Positions 50,201 through 58,017 of a stretch of DNA of 64,000 bases are shown here, piece after piece. Under the pieces are notes generated by a model. The model saw nothing but the letters and a program-made list of their open reading frames with translations. It did not search any database and was not told where the DNA came from. The translations under genes and the position numbers were made by a program. Each line of letters opens with the position of its first letter. Positions within the stretch are counted from its first letter, which is position 1. This DNA comes from a bacterium. GTDB taxonomy: Bacteria > SZUA-79 > Acidulodesulfobacterales > Acidulodesulfobacteraceae. The DNA is taken from assembly GCA_021845685.1 (NCBI GenBank), contig JAJZVN010000010.1:3096-67095 (forward strand). The letters run 5' to 3'.

Positions 50201-50603
50201 TGTAAGCATGGTGCATAAAAAAATAAATGACGCTTTTCCTCCGGACGATAAAATACAGAACACACAGAACATAGAGGTCATGCGAGATACGCAAAACACG
50301 CAGGATACGCAGAAAAAACATGAGGGAAATTATAAAAAATTAAGTAAACAAGATATAGAAGATATTAGCGCTACCGGAGCTACAAAAAGGCTAAGACCTG
50401 TTGTCATGACATCATTTGCGATAATTTTCGGTCTTTTACCCGCAATGTTTGCTTACGGAGCAGGCGCAAGAACTACAAAATTTATAGCTGCTCCGATGAT
50501 AGGAGGAATGATTACCGCAACTATACTAAATTTATTGATGCTGCCTGCTATTTATTCTATGTGGAAACAATATGAAATTAAGAAAAAAGAAAAAAACAAA
50601 TAA
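47259..50603 (+). CDS. cusA: heavy-metal efflux RND pump, CusA type
   Basis: 1114 aa. The three Met residues of the E. coli CusA Cu(I) site appear conserved (LLYMPSALPG, LSMTETVINL, RIEMTSAGLRTPIGIKV). About 70 aa of low-complexity insertion lies near residue 960. Confidence 0.9.
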   Translation: MIKKLIDYCIENQFIVLIFMLFLGFFGTIAVKNIRLNALPDIAPTEVIIKTDWSGEPPNLINLRVTYPIESYLLSAPKVKEVRGTSMYGSSFVTVVFNRGTSISWARAQILAYMNQIKTLLPPGVIPVLGPYANAMGWVYMYGIIDKDHNENLEQLRTIQQYYLRYALESVPGVAQVATYGGFQKEYQVTLNPRAIQYYNMSIGQINNSLKSSNNDIGARVIDSSSGAEHLVFVKGYLHTLKEIRNIVVGQTANHVPILVKNIGSVEKVPASQRSYSDLNGNGQIVGGVVIMQQGANTLNVINAVKKKIKSLETSLPKGVKIITTYDESSLIHRSINTLKTTLLEIIIIVMLVCIIFLFHFRSALVVIIMMPFAILGAFLAMYLLHISANIMSLSGIALAVGAMVDSSIVMIENAHSYIERLEHSPDSVPEHIKAIKDKKKAKKVYIAESAKEMGKPLFFSLIIIAAGFLPIFYLSGEVGALFKPLAYTKTFSMLFAALISVTLVPILMVHLIKGKIKPIDENPVNRFLAYIYKPVLKFVMLYKYIFIGLILILMVATYFVYTRIGSQFMPPLNEGTLLYMPSALPGYSGTDALKLIQIEDRIIKSFSEVKMVTAKAGRADTALDPAGLSMTETVINLTRRSTWPEGMTVTKLISKLNKALNIPGLVNVWTMPIKNRIEMTSAGLRTPIGIKVYGSNVNILQNISAKIASALYMVKGTQSAFANRINDRPYIEISPDYIKMGFYGITLKEIDDAVDASIGGKTITTLYNGLARYPLSVRYPYTYRNSLSAIRNILVKTKNGPYVPLKETAHVKYIIGPDYVSSQGGIPDDIIDITLKTKNMVGWVKTAKKMISKMVPLPVGYHIVFSGEYKSLQSANKKLLLIIPLTILIIFLLIYLNFKSIPLSLIVMLSVPFALIGGFFYIYLLHITLSIAVWVGFIALIGVSTEIGMVMITVLDSLFKEREIAAVTVLEDLESSGISDVSMVHKKINDAFPPDDKIQNTQNIEVMRDTQNTQDTQKKHEGNYKKLSKQDIEDISATGATKRLRPVVMTSFAIIFGLLPAMFAYGAGARTTKFIAAPMIGGMITATILNLLMLPAIYSMWKQYEIKKKEKNK

Positions 50604-50692
50604 ATATTAAATAATTAATTGGTTTAAAAATATTCATCAAAATTTAAATATAAAAAAGCTCTTTCTTTCATGCTATAGGCTATAATAGTATA

Positions 50693-50732
50693 ATATCCCC
50701 GCGATTATAATCGTGGGGATATTAATTTTTTT
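50693..50732 (+). terminator. rho-independent terminator after cusA
   Basis: atatccccgcgatt / aatcgtggggatat stem, followed by taattttttt. Confidence 0.7.
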
Positions 50733-50780
50733 GATTGATTTGTTTTTTATAATTAAAGCAATCGCATATATGTGGGTTTA

Positions 50781-51287
50781 CTAACGTATGAAATGAAGCG
50801 CAATTATAATAGTTAACATAATGCTTAAAAAGCCTAATGTCAACTTGGTGTTGAAATTAATTTTATCATTTAAAGCGTCAATCTTTTTATCTAACATTTC
50901 AAACTTTGTTTCAAATTTATTATCTAAAGCATCAATCTTTTTATCTAACATTTCAAACTTTGTTTCAAATTTATTATCTAAAGCATCAATTCTAACATTA
51001 AGTTCTGCTCTAACCGAATCAATTTTTTTATCTAATATTTCAAACTTTGTTTCAATTTTCTCATTCAAAGCATCAATCCTAACATTAAGTTCTGCTCTAA
51101 CCGAATCAATCTTTTTATCTAATATTTCAAACTTAAAGTTAATTGTAGTATCTAAGCCGGCTAATTTAGTATCAACTTTTTCAAATCTTGCGACAATGTA
51201 TTTTTCTTGATTGTCAAATCTTGAATCAAAATATTTTTCGGCAGATACGGAAAATTCCATAATTTCTTCCTTTGCTTGATTTTGCAT
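50781..51287 (-). CDS. tail-anchored coiled-coil protein built from tandem repeats
   Basis: 168 aa. The motif F-E-(I/M)-L-D-K-K-I-D recurs four times. Underlying DNA is two 54-bp units (50878-50985) and an 87-bp unit repeated about 1.7 times (50986-~51135). Single C-terminal TM. Confidence 0.55.
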   Translation of the reverse strand: MQNQAKEEIMEFSVSAEKYFDSRFDNQEKYIVARFEKVDTKLAGLDTTINFKFEILDKKIDSVRAELNVRIDALNEKIETKFEILDKKIDSVRAELNVRIDALDNKFETKFEMLDKKIDALDNKFETKFEMLDKKIDALNDKINFNTKLTLGFLSIMLTIIIALHFIR

Positions 51288-51505
51288 TCTTAATTATCTC
51301 CTTATAATTATATCATTAATTTTTTAAAGCAATTAAAAAAAAATTATATAATATAATTATTAAAGAATTATGAAGGAAATATTAAAAATTGATTAAATTT
51401 TTATCAAAGTATGTATTATGTTCTAACTGAACACCCATTACGGAAATTACTGGACGCCCTCTTCCGTCCCGGTTTTTTTAGTTTTTAGACGGAGTTATAA
51501 AATAC

Positions 51506-51534
51506 TTGACATTTTTTAATATTTTTAGTATTCT
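51506..51534 (+). promoter_or_regulatory. sigma-70-type promoter of arsR (possibly leaderless mRNA)
   Basis: TTGACA (51506-51511), a 17-nt spacer, then TATTCT (51529-51534). The arsR ATG at 51541 lies 7 nt downstream with no SD. Confidence 0.4.
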
Positions 51535-51540
51535 GGAAAT

Positions 51541-51948
51541 ATGGAAATAATAAATAATAAAAAAATTAGAAATTCAAACCTGAATGTGAATAATAAATAT
51601 AACAAAAATGGAAATGAAAATTATAATGCGGCAGAAGTAAAATTTATAATTGAAGCCCTAGAAGCTCTTTCTAATGAAAGCAGGCTTAAAATATTTCGTA
51701 TGCTTGTTAAAGCCGGACACTCAGGTTTAACTGTTACCGAAATGTCCAAGAGTTTAAATATGCCTATGAGCACATTATCATTTCATCTGGCAAAATTAAG
51801 TCAGGCAAATATTGTTTTATTTGTGAAGCAATCAAGGTTTATAATTTATTCTGCTAATTTTGAATCTGTCAATAAGCTTATAAGCTATTTAACCGAAAGC
51901 TGCTGCAACGGAAATCCTGAAGAATGTTTTAATGATATTTGCAAATAA
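51541..51948 (+). CDS. arsR: ArsR/SmtB-family repressor with a C-terminal Cys cluster
   Basis: 135 aa. wHTH LSNESRLKIFRML...LTVTEMSKSLNMPMSTLSFHLAKL. No CVC in helix 3. C-terminal CCNGNPEEC...C. Confidence 0.8.
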   Translation: MEIINNKKIRNSNLNVNNKYNKNGNENYNAAEVKFIIEALEALSNESRLKIFRMLVKAGHSGLTVTEMSKSLNMPMSTLSFHLAKLSQANIVLFVKQSRFIIYSANFESVNKLISYLTESCCNGNPEECFNDICK

Positions 51949-52018
51949 AATATGCCGTTTGCTTTTATTTTTTAATTATTTAAAGTCTATTTAATTATTA
52001 TAATTGGAGGTATGAATT

Positions 52019-52357
52019 GTGGAAAATTCAATAGTTTTAGAGATTTACGACCCCGCTTTATGCTGTTCAACCGGAGTTTGCGGTCCAAGACCTGATATAA
52101 AATTGATAAAAATTAATGATATTTTAAATAAATTAAAAAATGATTTCGGCGATAAAATTGAAATAAAAAGGCATAGCATATCTAATGAACCAAAAGAATT
52201 TTTATCCAATAACGCAGTTAGATCTATAATCCAAAAAGAAGGAAAAGCAAGCTTGCCTGTTTGCATATTAAACGGAGAACTTTTAACCCAAGGAAGATAT
52301 CCCGAAGAAGGGGAACTGTATGCAGAAATATTAAAATCTTCACTAATCTCAAAATAG
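52019..52357 (+). CDS. arsD: arsenical resistance metallochaperone ArsD
   Basis: 112 aa, GTG start 8 nt after GGAGG. IYDPALCCSTGVCGP supplies the Cys12/13/18 motif. Confidence 0.85.
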   Translation: MENSIVLEIYDPALCCSTGVCGPRPDIKLIKINDILNKLKNDFGDKIEIKRHSISNEPKEFLSNNAVRSIIQKEGKASLPVCILNGELLTQGRYPEEGELYAEILKSSLISK

Positions 52358-52620
52358 CGGATATAAAATATAGGTATTGTTTTTTGCATGATTTTTAATA
52401 AATAAATATTTAGAGTCAATGCAGGATTTATATTGATTTTAAAATTAATTTATTAATTAAACAAAAGACCATGATAGAAATTTATTTTATTTTAAAATTT
52501 CCGAATTTAAAAATAAACTTATTAATTAAAAAGTAGTTATCAAAGGAGGCGTTTAAGTTTAGATTTATAGATTTTTATATATTTAATTTTTATAGATTTA
52601 AACTGACGGCATCAACTATT

Positions 52621-54615
52621 ATGAAATATATGTTTTTTTCAGGAAAAGGCGGAGTAGGCAAAACGACTATTTCATCTGCGACGGCTTTAAATCTTGCATT
52701 GAACGGCAAAAAAACTTTGATAGTGTCTACAGACCCTGCTTCAAATCTTTCCGATATATTTGAACAAAATCTTAAAGAAGAAGAAACAAAAATAAAAGGG
52801 GTAGACAATTTATATGCTTCAGAGATAAATGCGGCAGATTCGTTAGAGAAATATAGGGCTAAAGTGTTAGGTGATTCGATTAAAGGCTTAGATAACGATG
52901 TTATCTCTATGATTGAGGAAGAGTTTAAATCTCCATGCACTGAAGAAATTGCAAGTTTTGATTCTTTTACTGGTTTTATTGCGAGAAAAGATTTTGACGT
53001 AATAATATTTGATACGGCTCCTACCGGTCATACGCTTAGATTGATGAGCCTTCCGCTAAAATGGACTACTTACATTGAAGAGGTTAAAAAAGGCGAAGGA
53101 AGAACTTGCATGGGACCTGTTACAAACATTGAAGGTTCTATAGAGATATATAATGAAGCATTAAAGATATTAACAGATAAAACCGCGACTAATTTTTTAT
53201 TCGTTATGCGTCCTCAAGATCTGTCGTTTTATGAAACCTTACGTTCTATTGAAGAAATTAAAAGTATCGGTATTACAAATATTGAAATATTAATTAATCA
53301 TGTTCTGCCAGATAAGCTTGCTAAATTTAATATATTTGAAGAACAATATAAACTTAATGAAAAAATAATTGAGCAGGCGAAGAAAACCGGTTATAAAATA
53401 AAGAAATATTATTTAATGCCTGAAGAAATAAAAGGCTTAGATTCTTTAAAAAAATTTATACTAATGGAAGATAAAAATTTTGCCGTAAAATATTTTGATA
53501 AATTTTTTAATAGCGACGACAATAATAATGCCGGCGGCGATCACAATATAATTAACAATAATAATAGCGCCATTAGTGATTTATATAGCCTTAATAAAAA
53601 CAACTCTGATTTAATTAATAGAATAAATAGCGACGCAATAAATTCAACAAAATTTATTTTTTTTATAGGAAAAGGCGGAACAGGAAAATCTACCGTTTCT
53701 CTTTTAACGGGTTTATATTTATCCAAATATAAAAATAAAAAAACATTAGTTGTATCGGTTGACCCTGCCAGTCATATAGGTAAAATTATGGGCGTTGAAT
53801 CAGTCAGTGAAGAACCTGTTCAGGTTGAAAACAAAAATTTATTTCTTTCGGTAATATCGCCGGAATCGGCTTTGAGTGATTATAAGGCAGATACATTGCA
53901 ATTTTTTCAAAAAGTCTCAAACAATGCAGATTCTCTTAAGGTTTTAGAAGAAGAGCTTAATTCTCCATGCACCCTTGAAATAGCCTATTTTAAAAAGTTT
54001 TATAATTATTTTAAACTAGGGGACGGAAAAAACAATATAAAAGAAAATACTGATGCCGATATAAACATCAATGCAGAAGGCAATTTAAATCTAAATATAA
54101 AAATAAATAATGATATTCAAAATAATGCATATGCATATGCTGGATTAAAAGATGAATTTGATTATATTATTTTTGACACTGCTCCAACGGGACATGCCTT
54201 AAGACTGTTGTTTTTAGCCTTTGAATATCAGAAAGAAAATAAGAATAATAGCAGCGCCGACGACGACAAAAAAGATGAAGAACTTGAATTTTTGATTAAT
54301 ACTATAAAAGATAAAGAAAAAACATATTTTTCTTTAGTGCTGTATCCTGAATTTACTCCTATTGAAGAAGCATACAGAGCATATAATGATTTGAAAGAAG
54401 CAGGCATAGATGTATCATTTTTAAGTATTAATTATCTTTTAAATGAAGAACTTAAATCAATAAAGTTTTTTAAAGATAAAATTGAACAGGAATCAAAATA
54501 TTTAAATGTGATTAAAGAAAAGTTTAATCTGCCTTCTTTATATTTTGAGCAATATCCTTTTGAGATAAATTATAGAAATATAGAAAAATTTTTAAAAAAT
54601 TCATTTAAATTATAA
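52621..54615 (+). CDS. arsA: arsenite-stimulated ATPase ArsA (two homologous halves, Asn-rich linkers)
   Basis: 664 aa. GKGGVGKT and GKGGTGKS P-loops, with DTAPTGHT and DTAPTGHA in both halves. Confidence 0.9.
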   Translation: MKYMFFSGKGGVGKTTISSATALNLALNGKKTLIVSTDPASNLSDIFEQNLKEEETKIKGVDNLYASEINAADSLEKYRAKVLGDSIKGLDNDVISMIEEEFKSPCTEEIASFDSFTGFIARKDFDVIIFDTAPTGHTLRLMSLPLKWTTYIEEVKKGEGRTCMGPVTNIEGSIEIYNEALKILTDKTATNFLFVMRPQDLSFYETLRSIEEIKSIGITNIEILINHVLPDKLAKFNIFEEQYKLNEKIIEQAKKTGYKIKKYYLMPEEIKGLDSLKKFILMEDKNFAVKYFDKFFNSDDNNNAGGDHNIINNNNSAISDLYSLNKNNSDLINRINSDAINSTKFIFFIGKGGTGKSTVSLLTGLYLSKYKNKKTLVVSVDPASHIGKIMGVESVSEEPVQVENKNLFLSVISPESALSDYKADTLQFFQKVSNNADSLKVLEEELNSPCTLEIAYFKKFYNYFKLGDGKNNIKENTDADININAEGNLNLNIKINNDIQNNAYAYAGLKDEFDYIIFDTAPTGHALRLLFLAFEYQKENKNNSSADDDKKDEELEFLINTIKDKEKTYFSLVLYPEFTPIEEAYRAYNDLKEAGIDVSFLSINYLLNEELKSIKFFKDKIEQESKYLNVIKEKFNLPSLYFEQYPFEINYRNIEKFLKNSFKL

Positions 54616-54753
54616 ATGTTTATTTAAATGATAAAGAACATTTAATTAATAATTAAAACAATTAAAAAAAATTTTTAAAATAAATGAAATTAGTGAATGT
54701 TACACAGATTACTAAATCATCATACAACGAACTAAGGAGTGTTAATTTATAAT

Positions 54754-54873
54754 ATTAAGAAATCAATTTCTAATTTTTAATTGTTAATTTTTAAACTGTG
54801 CCTTCAAATTGTGTTAATTTATATTATTAAGTTATTAAGAAATCAATTTCTAAATTAAGAAATCAATTTCTAA
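54754..54873 (+). repeat. three copies of a 20-bp palindrome-containing motif upstream of arsC
   Basis: attaagaaatcaatttctaa occurs at 54754, 54834 and 54854, with core dyad AGAAAT-CA-ATTTCT. Flanking gtgttaatttat is also duplicated (54739, 54811). Confidence 0.75.
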
Positions 54874-54956
54874 GATATAGAATATAAATAATTTAAAAAT
54901 CAATAAAATAACTAAGAATTTTAAATAAAATTTTAAATTAAAAATTGAGGTAAATT

Positions 54957-55391
54957 ATGAATATTATTTTTATATGTACGGGAAATTCTGCAAGATCACA
55001 AATGGCAGAAGGATTTGCTAAATTTTACGGTGAAAAATACAAAATAGCTGATTTAAATATATCCAGCGCAGGCGTTAATCCAAAGCCGGTTAATCCTTTC
55101 GCTATAGGTGTTATGTTTGAGAAAAATATAGACATAAGCAAGCAAAAATCAAAATCTGTGGATGTTTTTGATTTAAATACTTTTGATTATGTAATAACTC
55201 TTTGCGGCGATGCAAGAGATAATTGTCCGTTAATTACTTCAAACAATATAAAGCTGCACTGGGATTTAATTGACCCTGCAGGCGTTATCGGAGATAATGA
55301 TGATAAATTAAAAGCTTTCAGGGCGGTAAGAGACGAAATTGAAGAAAGAATTGCAGCATTATTGAAAGAAAAATATAAAATAATCAAATAA
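54957..55391 (+). CDS. arsC: arsenate reductase, LMW-PTPase/thioredoxin-coupled type
   Basis: 144 aa. CTGNSARSQMAEG P-loop and the C-X6-C pair (LCGDARDNCP). Confidence 0.85.
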   Translation: MNIIFICTGNSARSQMAEGFAKFYGEKYKIADLNISSAGVNPKPVNPFAIGVMFEKNIDISKQKSKSVDVFDLNTFDYVITLCGDARDNCPLITSNNIKLHWDLIDPAGVIGDNDDKLKAFRAVRDEIEERIAALLKEKYKIIK

Positions 55392-55539
55392 GTTCAAACA
55401 ATATTTGCCCTCCGTAATATCTTGAATATCCTGAATATTCCAACCGTCCTGTAATATTTTAAGCATATAAGCTGTAATTTATTTAAAATTATCGTTCAAT
55501 AACTTAATCCGATACAATTATTTACAATTATTACAAAAC

Positions 55540-55608
55540 CGTAACAAAACCTTAATAAATATTTAACAATTCTGTAATAAAACCTTAACATCAATGTGCT
55601 AATATAAT
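55540..55608 (+). promoter_or_regulatory. Pho-box-like array plus -10 (upstream of the phosphoesterase gene)
   Basis: CGTAACA (55540), CTTAATA (55551), TTTAACA (55562), TGTAATA (55573), CTTAACA (55584) and TGTGCTA (55595), all at 11-bp phasing. TATAAT at 55603. Confidence 0.5.
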
Positions 55609-55654
55609 AAGAAAAATATATATAAAATATATAAAGGAAGAGGTCTATTTATAA

Positions 55655-55772
55655 ATTGCAGTAATAGTAACTTAAAAAACCGTTTATTTATTTATTTATT
55701 AATTGATTTGTTAATTAGCAGCAATAGTAGCTTAAAAACCATTTATTTATATTTATTAATTAATTAATTTAG
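55655..55772 (+). repeat. ~60-bp tandem direct repeat x2 in the phosphoesterase leader
   Basis: attgcagtaatagtaacttaaaaaaccgtttattta... is repeated as attagcagcaatagtagcttaaaaaccatttattta... Confidence 0.7.
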
Positions 55773-55878
55773 TTATTAAATTTAAATAATTTACTAATTA
55801 AATAAATTAACGCAATGCAATATTAGATATATACTGGCTATAGTCTATATTATTGGTTTAATTAAAATTAATTTTAAT

Positions 55879-57072
55879 ATGGAGTTTATCATGAATAGAA
55901 GAGATTTTATAAAAATTGGAGCCGCTGGTTTATTAGGCAGTGTTGTAGCCGATAATTTAATTACAAAAAATGCGAATGCCAAAATGAATGACGCTGAAAC
56001 CGATACGGCTAAATCAAAATTTAAAAAACCGGAGCATGTAGTTTTAATAATGCAGGAAAACAGAAGTTTTGACCATTATTTCGGTATGATGGACGCTACT
56101 ATAAACGGTCAGCCGAAAAGGGTATTAGAACTCGGTATAACGGATGGCATGGGCGGAAGCATTAAACCGTATAATCTCGGATTTCAGTATGTAACCCCGA
56201 ATCATGTTGACCCCAATCACTCATGGAAAGCATTGCACACCATTTATAATAAAGGGAAAATGGACGGTTATTTTTTAAACGGGATCAATCAGCCTACAGA
56301 CGATTATAAAGTAATAATGGGTTATTACGACACAAAAAAAGCGCTTACTCCTTATTATTATTACGCAAAAAATTATACGCTATGCCAGAATTATTTTCAT
56401 TCTATAATGGCTCCTACCCAGCCCAACAGGCTTTACCAGATTGCAGCGCAATCCAACGGACATATAACGGATATGAAACCAAAAAAGCCGTATGAATTTC
56501 CTACTATTTTTAACAAGCTTGAAGAGGCTAAAATTTCATGGAAGATATATGTTGAAGGCTGGCCTCATCCTGAAAAGTATATTCACCATTGGGTTCCAGT
56601 TATATGGTTTAAAAGCTTTCTGAAAGATAAAAACTTATGGAATAAAATAAGACCTGCGGCAGAATATTTTGAGGATATTAAAAAAGGAACTCTGCCAAAG
56701 TTTAGCTGGCTTGTGCCTGACTTTAAACATTCGGAACACCCGCCCGCAGACGTAAAGACAGGAATGATTTATACTGTAAGGAGAATTGAGGCGTTAAGGA
56801 AAAGTCCGCTGTTTTCAAAATCGGTAATATTTTTAAACTGGGATGAATGCGGAGGATTTTATGACCATGTTGTACCGCCGATTGTTGATTATTATGGTCT
56901 TGGATTAAGAGTAGGATGTATTATAATTTCTCCTTTTGCGAAAAAAGGCTATATTTCTAATGTAAGACATGAGCATACATCCATACTTAAATATGTTGAA
57001 AACTTATGGGGAATAGACCCTTTGACCGACAGGGATAAATACGCAAACGGTTTTGAAGATGTTTTTATTTAA
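55879..57072 (+). CDS. Tat-exported phosphoesterase (phospholipase C / acid phosphatase AcpA family)
   Basis: 397 aa. Twin-arginine signal [24 protein letters not shown] is the phosphoesterase family signature. Confidence 0.8.
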   Translation: MEFIMNRRDFIKIGAAGLLGSVVADNLITKNANAKMNDAETDTAKSKFKKPEHVVLIMQENRSFDHYFGMMDATINGQPKRVLELGITDGMGGSIKPYNLGFQYVTPNHVDPNHSWKALHTIYNKGKMDGYFLNGINQPTDDYKVIMGYYDTKKALTPYYYYAKNYTLCQNYFHSIMAPTQPNRLYQIAAQSNGHITDMKPKKPYEFPTIFNKLEEAKISWKIYVEGWPHPEKYIHHWVPVIWFKSFLKDKNLWNKIRPAAEYFEDIKKGTLPKFSWLVPDFKHSEHPPADVKTGMIYTVRRIEALRKSPLFSKSVIFLNWDECGGFYDHVVPPIVDYYGLGLRVGCIIISPFAKKGYISNVRHEHTSILKYVENLWGIDPLTDRDKYANGFEDVFI

Positions 57073-57108
57073 CTTCTTATCGGCAATTTAATTTATAGTT
57101 ATAAGTTG

Positions 57109-57163
57109 TGTTACAAAAATTTAACTTAATCGTCATAATAATGCAACAATAAATAAGTATAAT
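57109..57163 (+). promoter_or_regulatory. Pho-box-like array plus -10 (upstream of exbB-exbD-tonB)
   Basis: TGTTACA (57109), TTTAACT (57120), CGTCATA (57131) and TGCAACA (57142) at 11-bp phasing. TATAAT at 57158. Confidence 0.5.
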
Positions 57164-57267
57164 AAATAAATAAATAAATTATTAAATTTTTAGTTTATAA
57201 CTTATAACAAAGTGTAAGTTTAAAAATAAAGCAATAATATAACGATAATTATTAATAAGGAGGAAAA

Positions 57268-58017
57268 ATGAATTTAAATTATATAGTTCACATTGCTTCA
57301 GTTTCAGGAGGCGTACTATATCTTATTATGATAGTGCTTCTTGTTGCTTTAGCCGTAATCATTGAGCGCACCTGGTATTTAAACAAAATAATTAACAAAG
57401 GGTATGAAATAACCTCAAAAGTGTCCGAGCTTAAGACAATAGACAATAAAATCCTAACGGAGCTTGTATCTTCATCCGACAATATACCGCAGTCTAAAGT
57501 TTTAAATATTGCTCTAAAATTTCCCGAAGTAAGAAGTCATGACCATTTAGACAGACTGATTGAAGAGGAAATATTATGGCAATCTCCGTCAATTGACAAA
57601 AGACTCTGGATTTTAGATTCAATTGTAACTTTAGCTCCGCTTTTAGGTCTTTTAGGCACAATTATAGGCATGTTTACAGCATTTTCTGTCTTAGGGGCGC
57701 CGGGCAGCGCTCCGCTTAAAGTTACAGGCGGTGTTGCCGAGGCGTTAGTCACAACAGGAGCAGGTTTATTCGTTGCCATTATCGGTCTCGTATTCTATAA
57801 CGGTTTGAATAACTGGGCGCGTCTAATTATTCACCAAATGGAAACAATTAAAATAATGTTAGTTAATCGTTTAGAAAGACCATGCACAAAAGGCGACAAA
57901 GAATTAACTGATATTGGGTTAAGTCACAGTAAGGCAGCTGAAAAAGGACGCAACGGAAATTCATTAATTAAAAATCCGTTTCCCGTTAAAGGGGAAGGGG
58001 AGGTTGTAAATGGGTAG
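57268..58017 (+). CDS. exbB: MotA/TolQ/ExbB proton-channel protein
   Basis: 249 aa, 3 TM. APLLGLLGTIIGM and GGVAEAL motifs, with a C-terminal extension. Confidence 0.85.
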   Translation: MNLNYIVHIASVSGGVLYLIMIVLLVALAVIIERTWYLNKIINKGYEITSKVSELKTIDNKILTELVSSSDNIPQSKVLNIALKFPEVRSHDHLDRLIEEEILWQSPSIDKRLWILDSIVTLAPLLGLLGTIIGMFTAFSVLGAPGSAPLKVTGGVAEALVTTGAGLFVAIIGLVFYNGLNNWARLIIHQMETIKIMLVNRLERPCTKGDKELTDIGLSHSKAAEKGRNGNSLIKNPFPVKGEGEVVNG

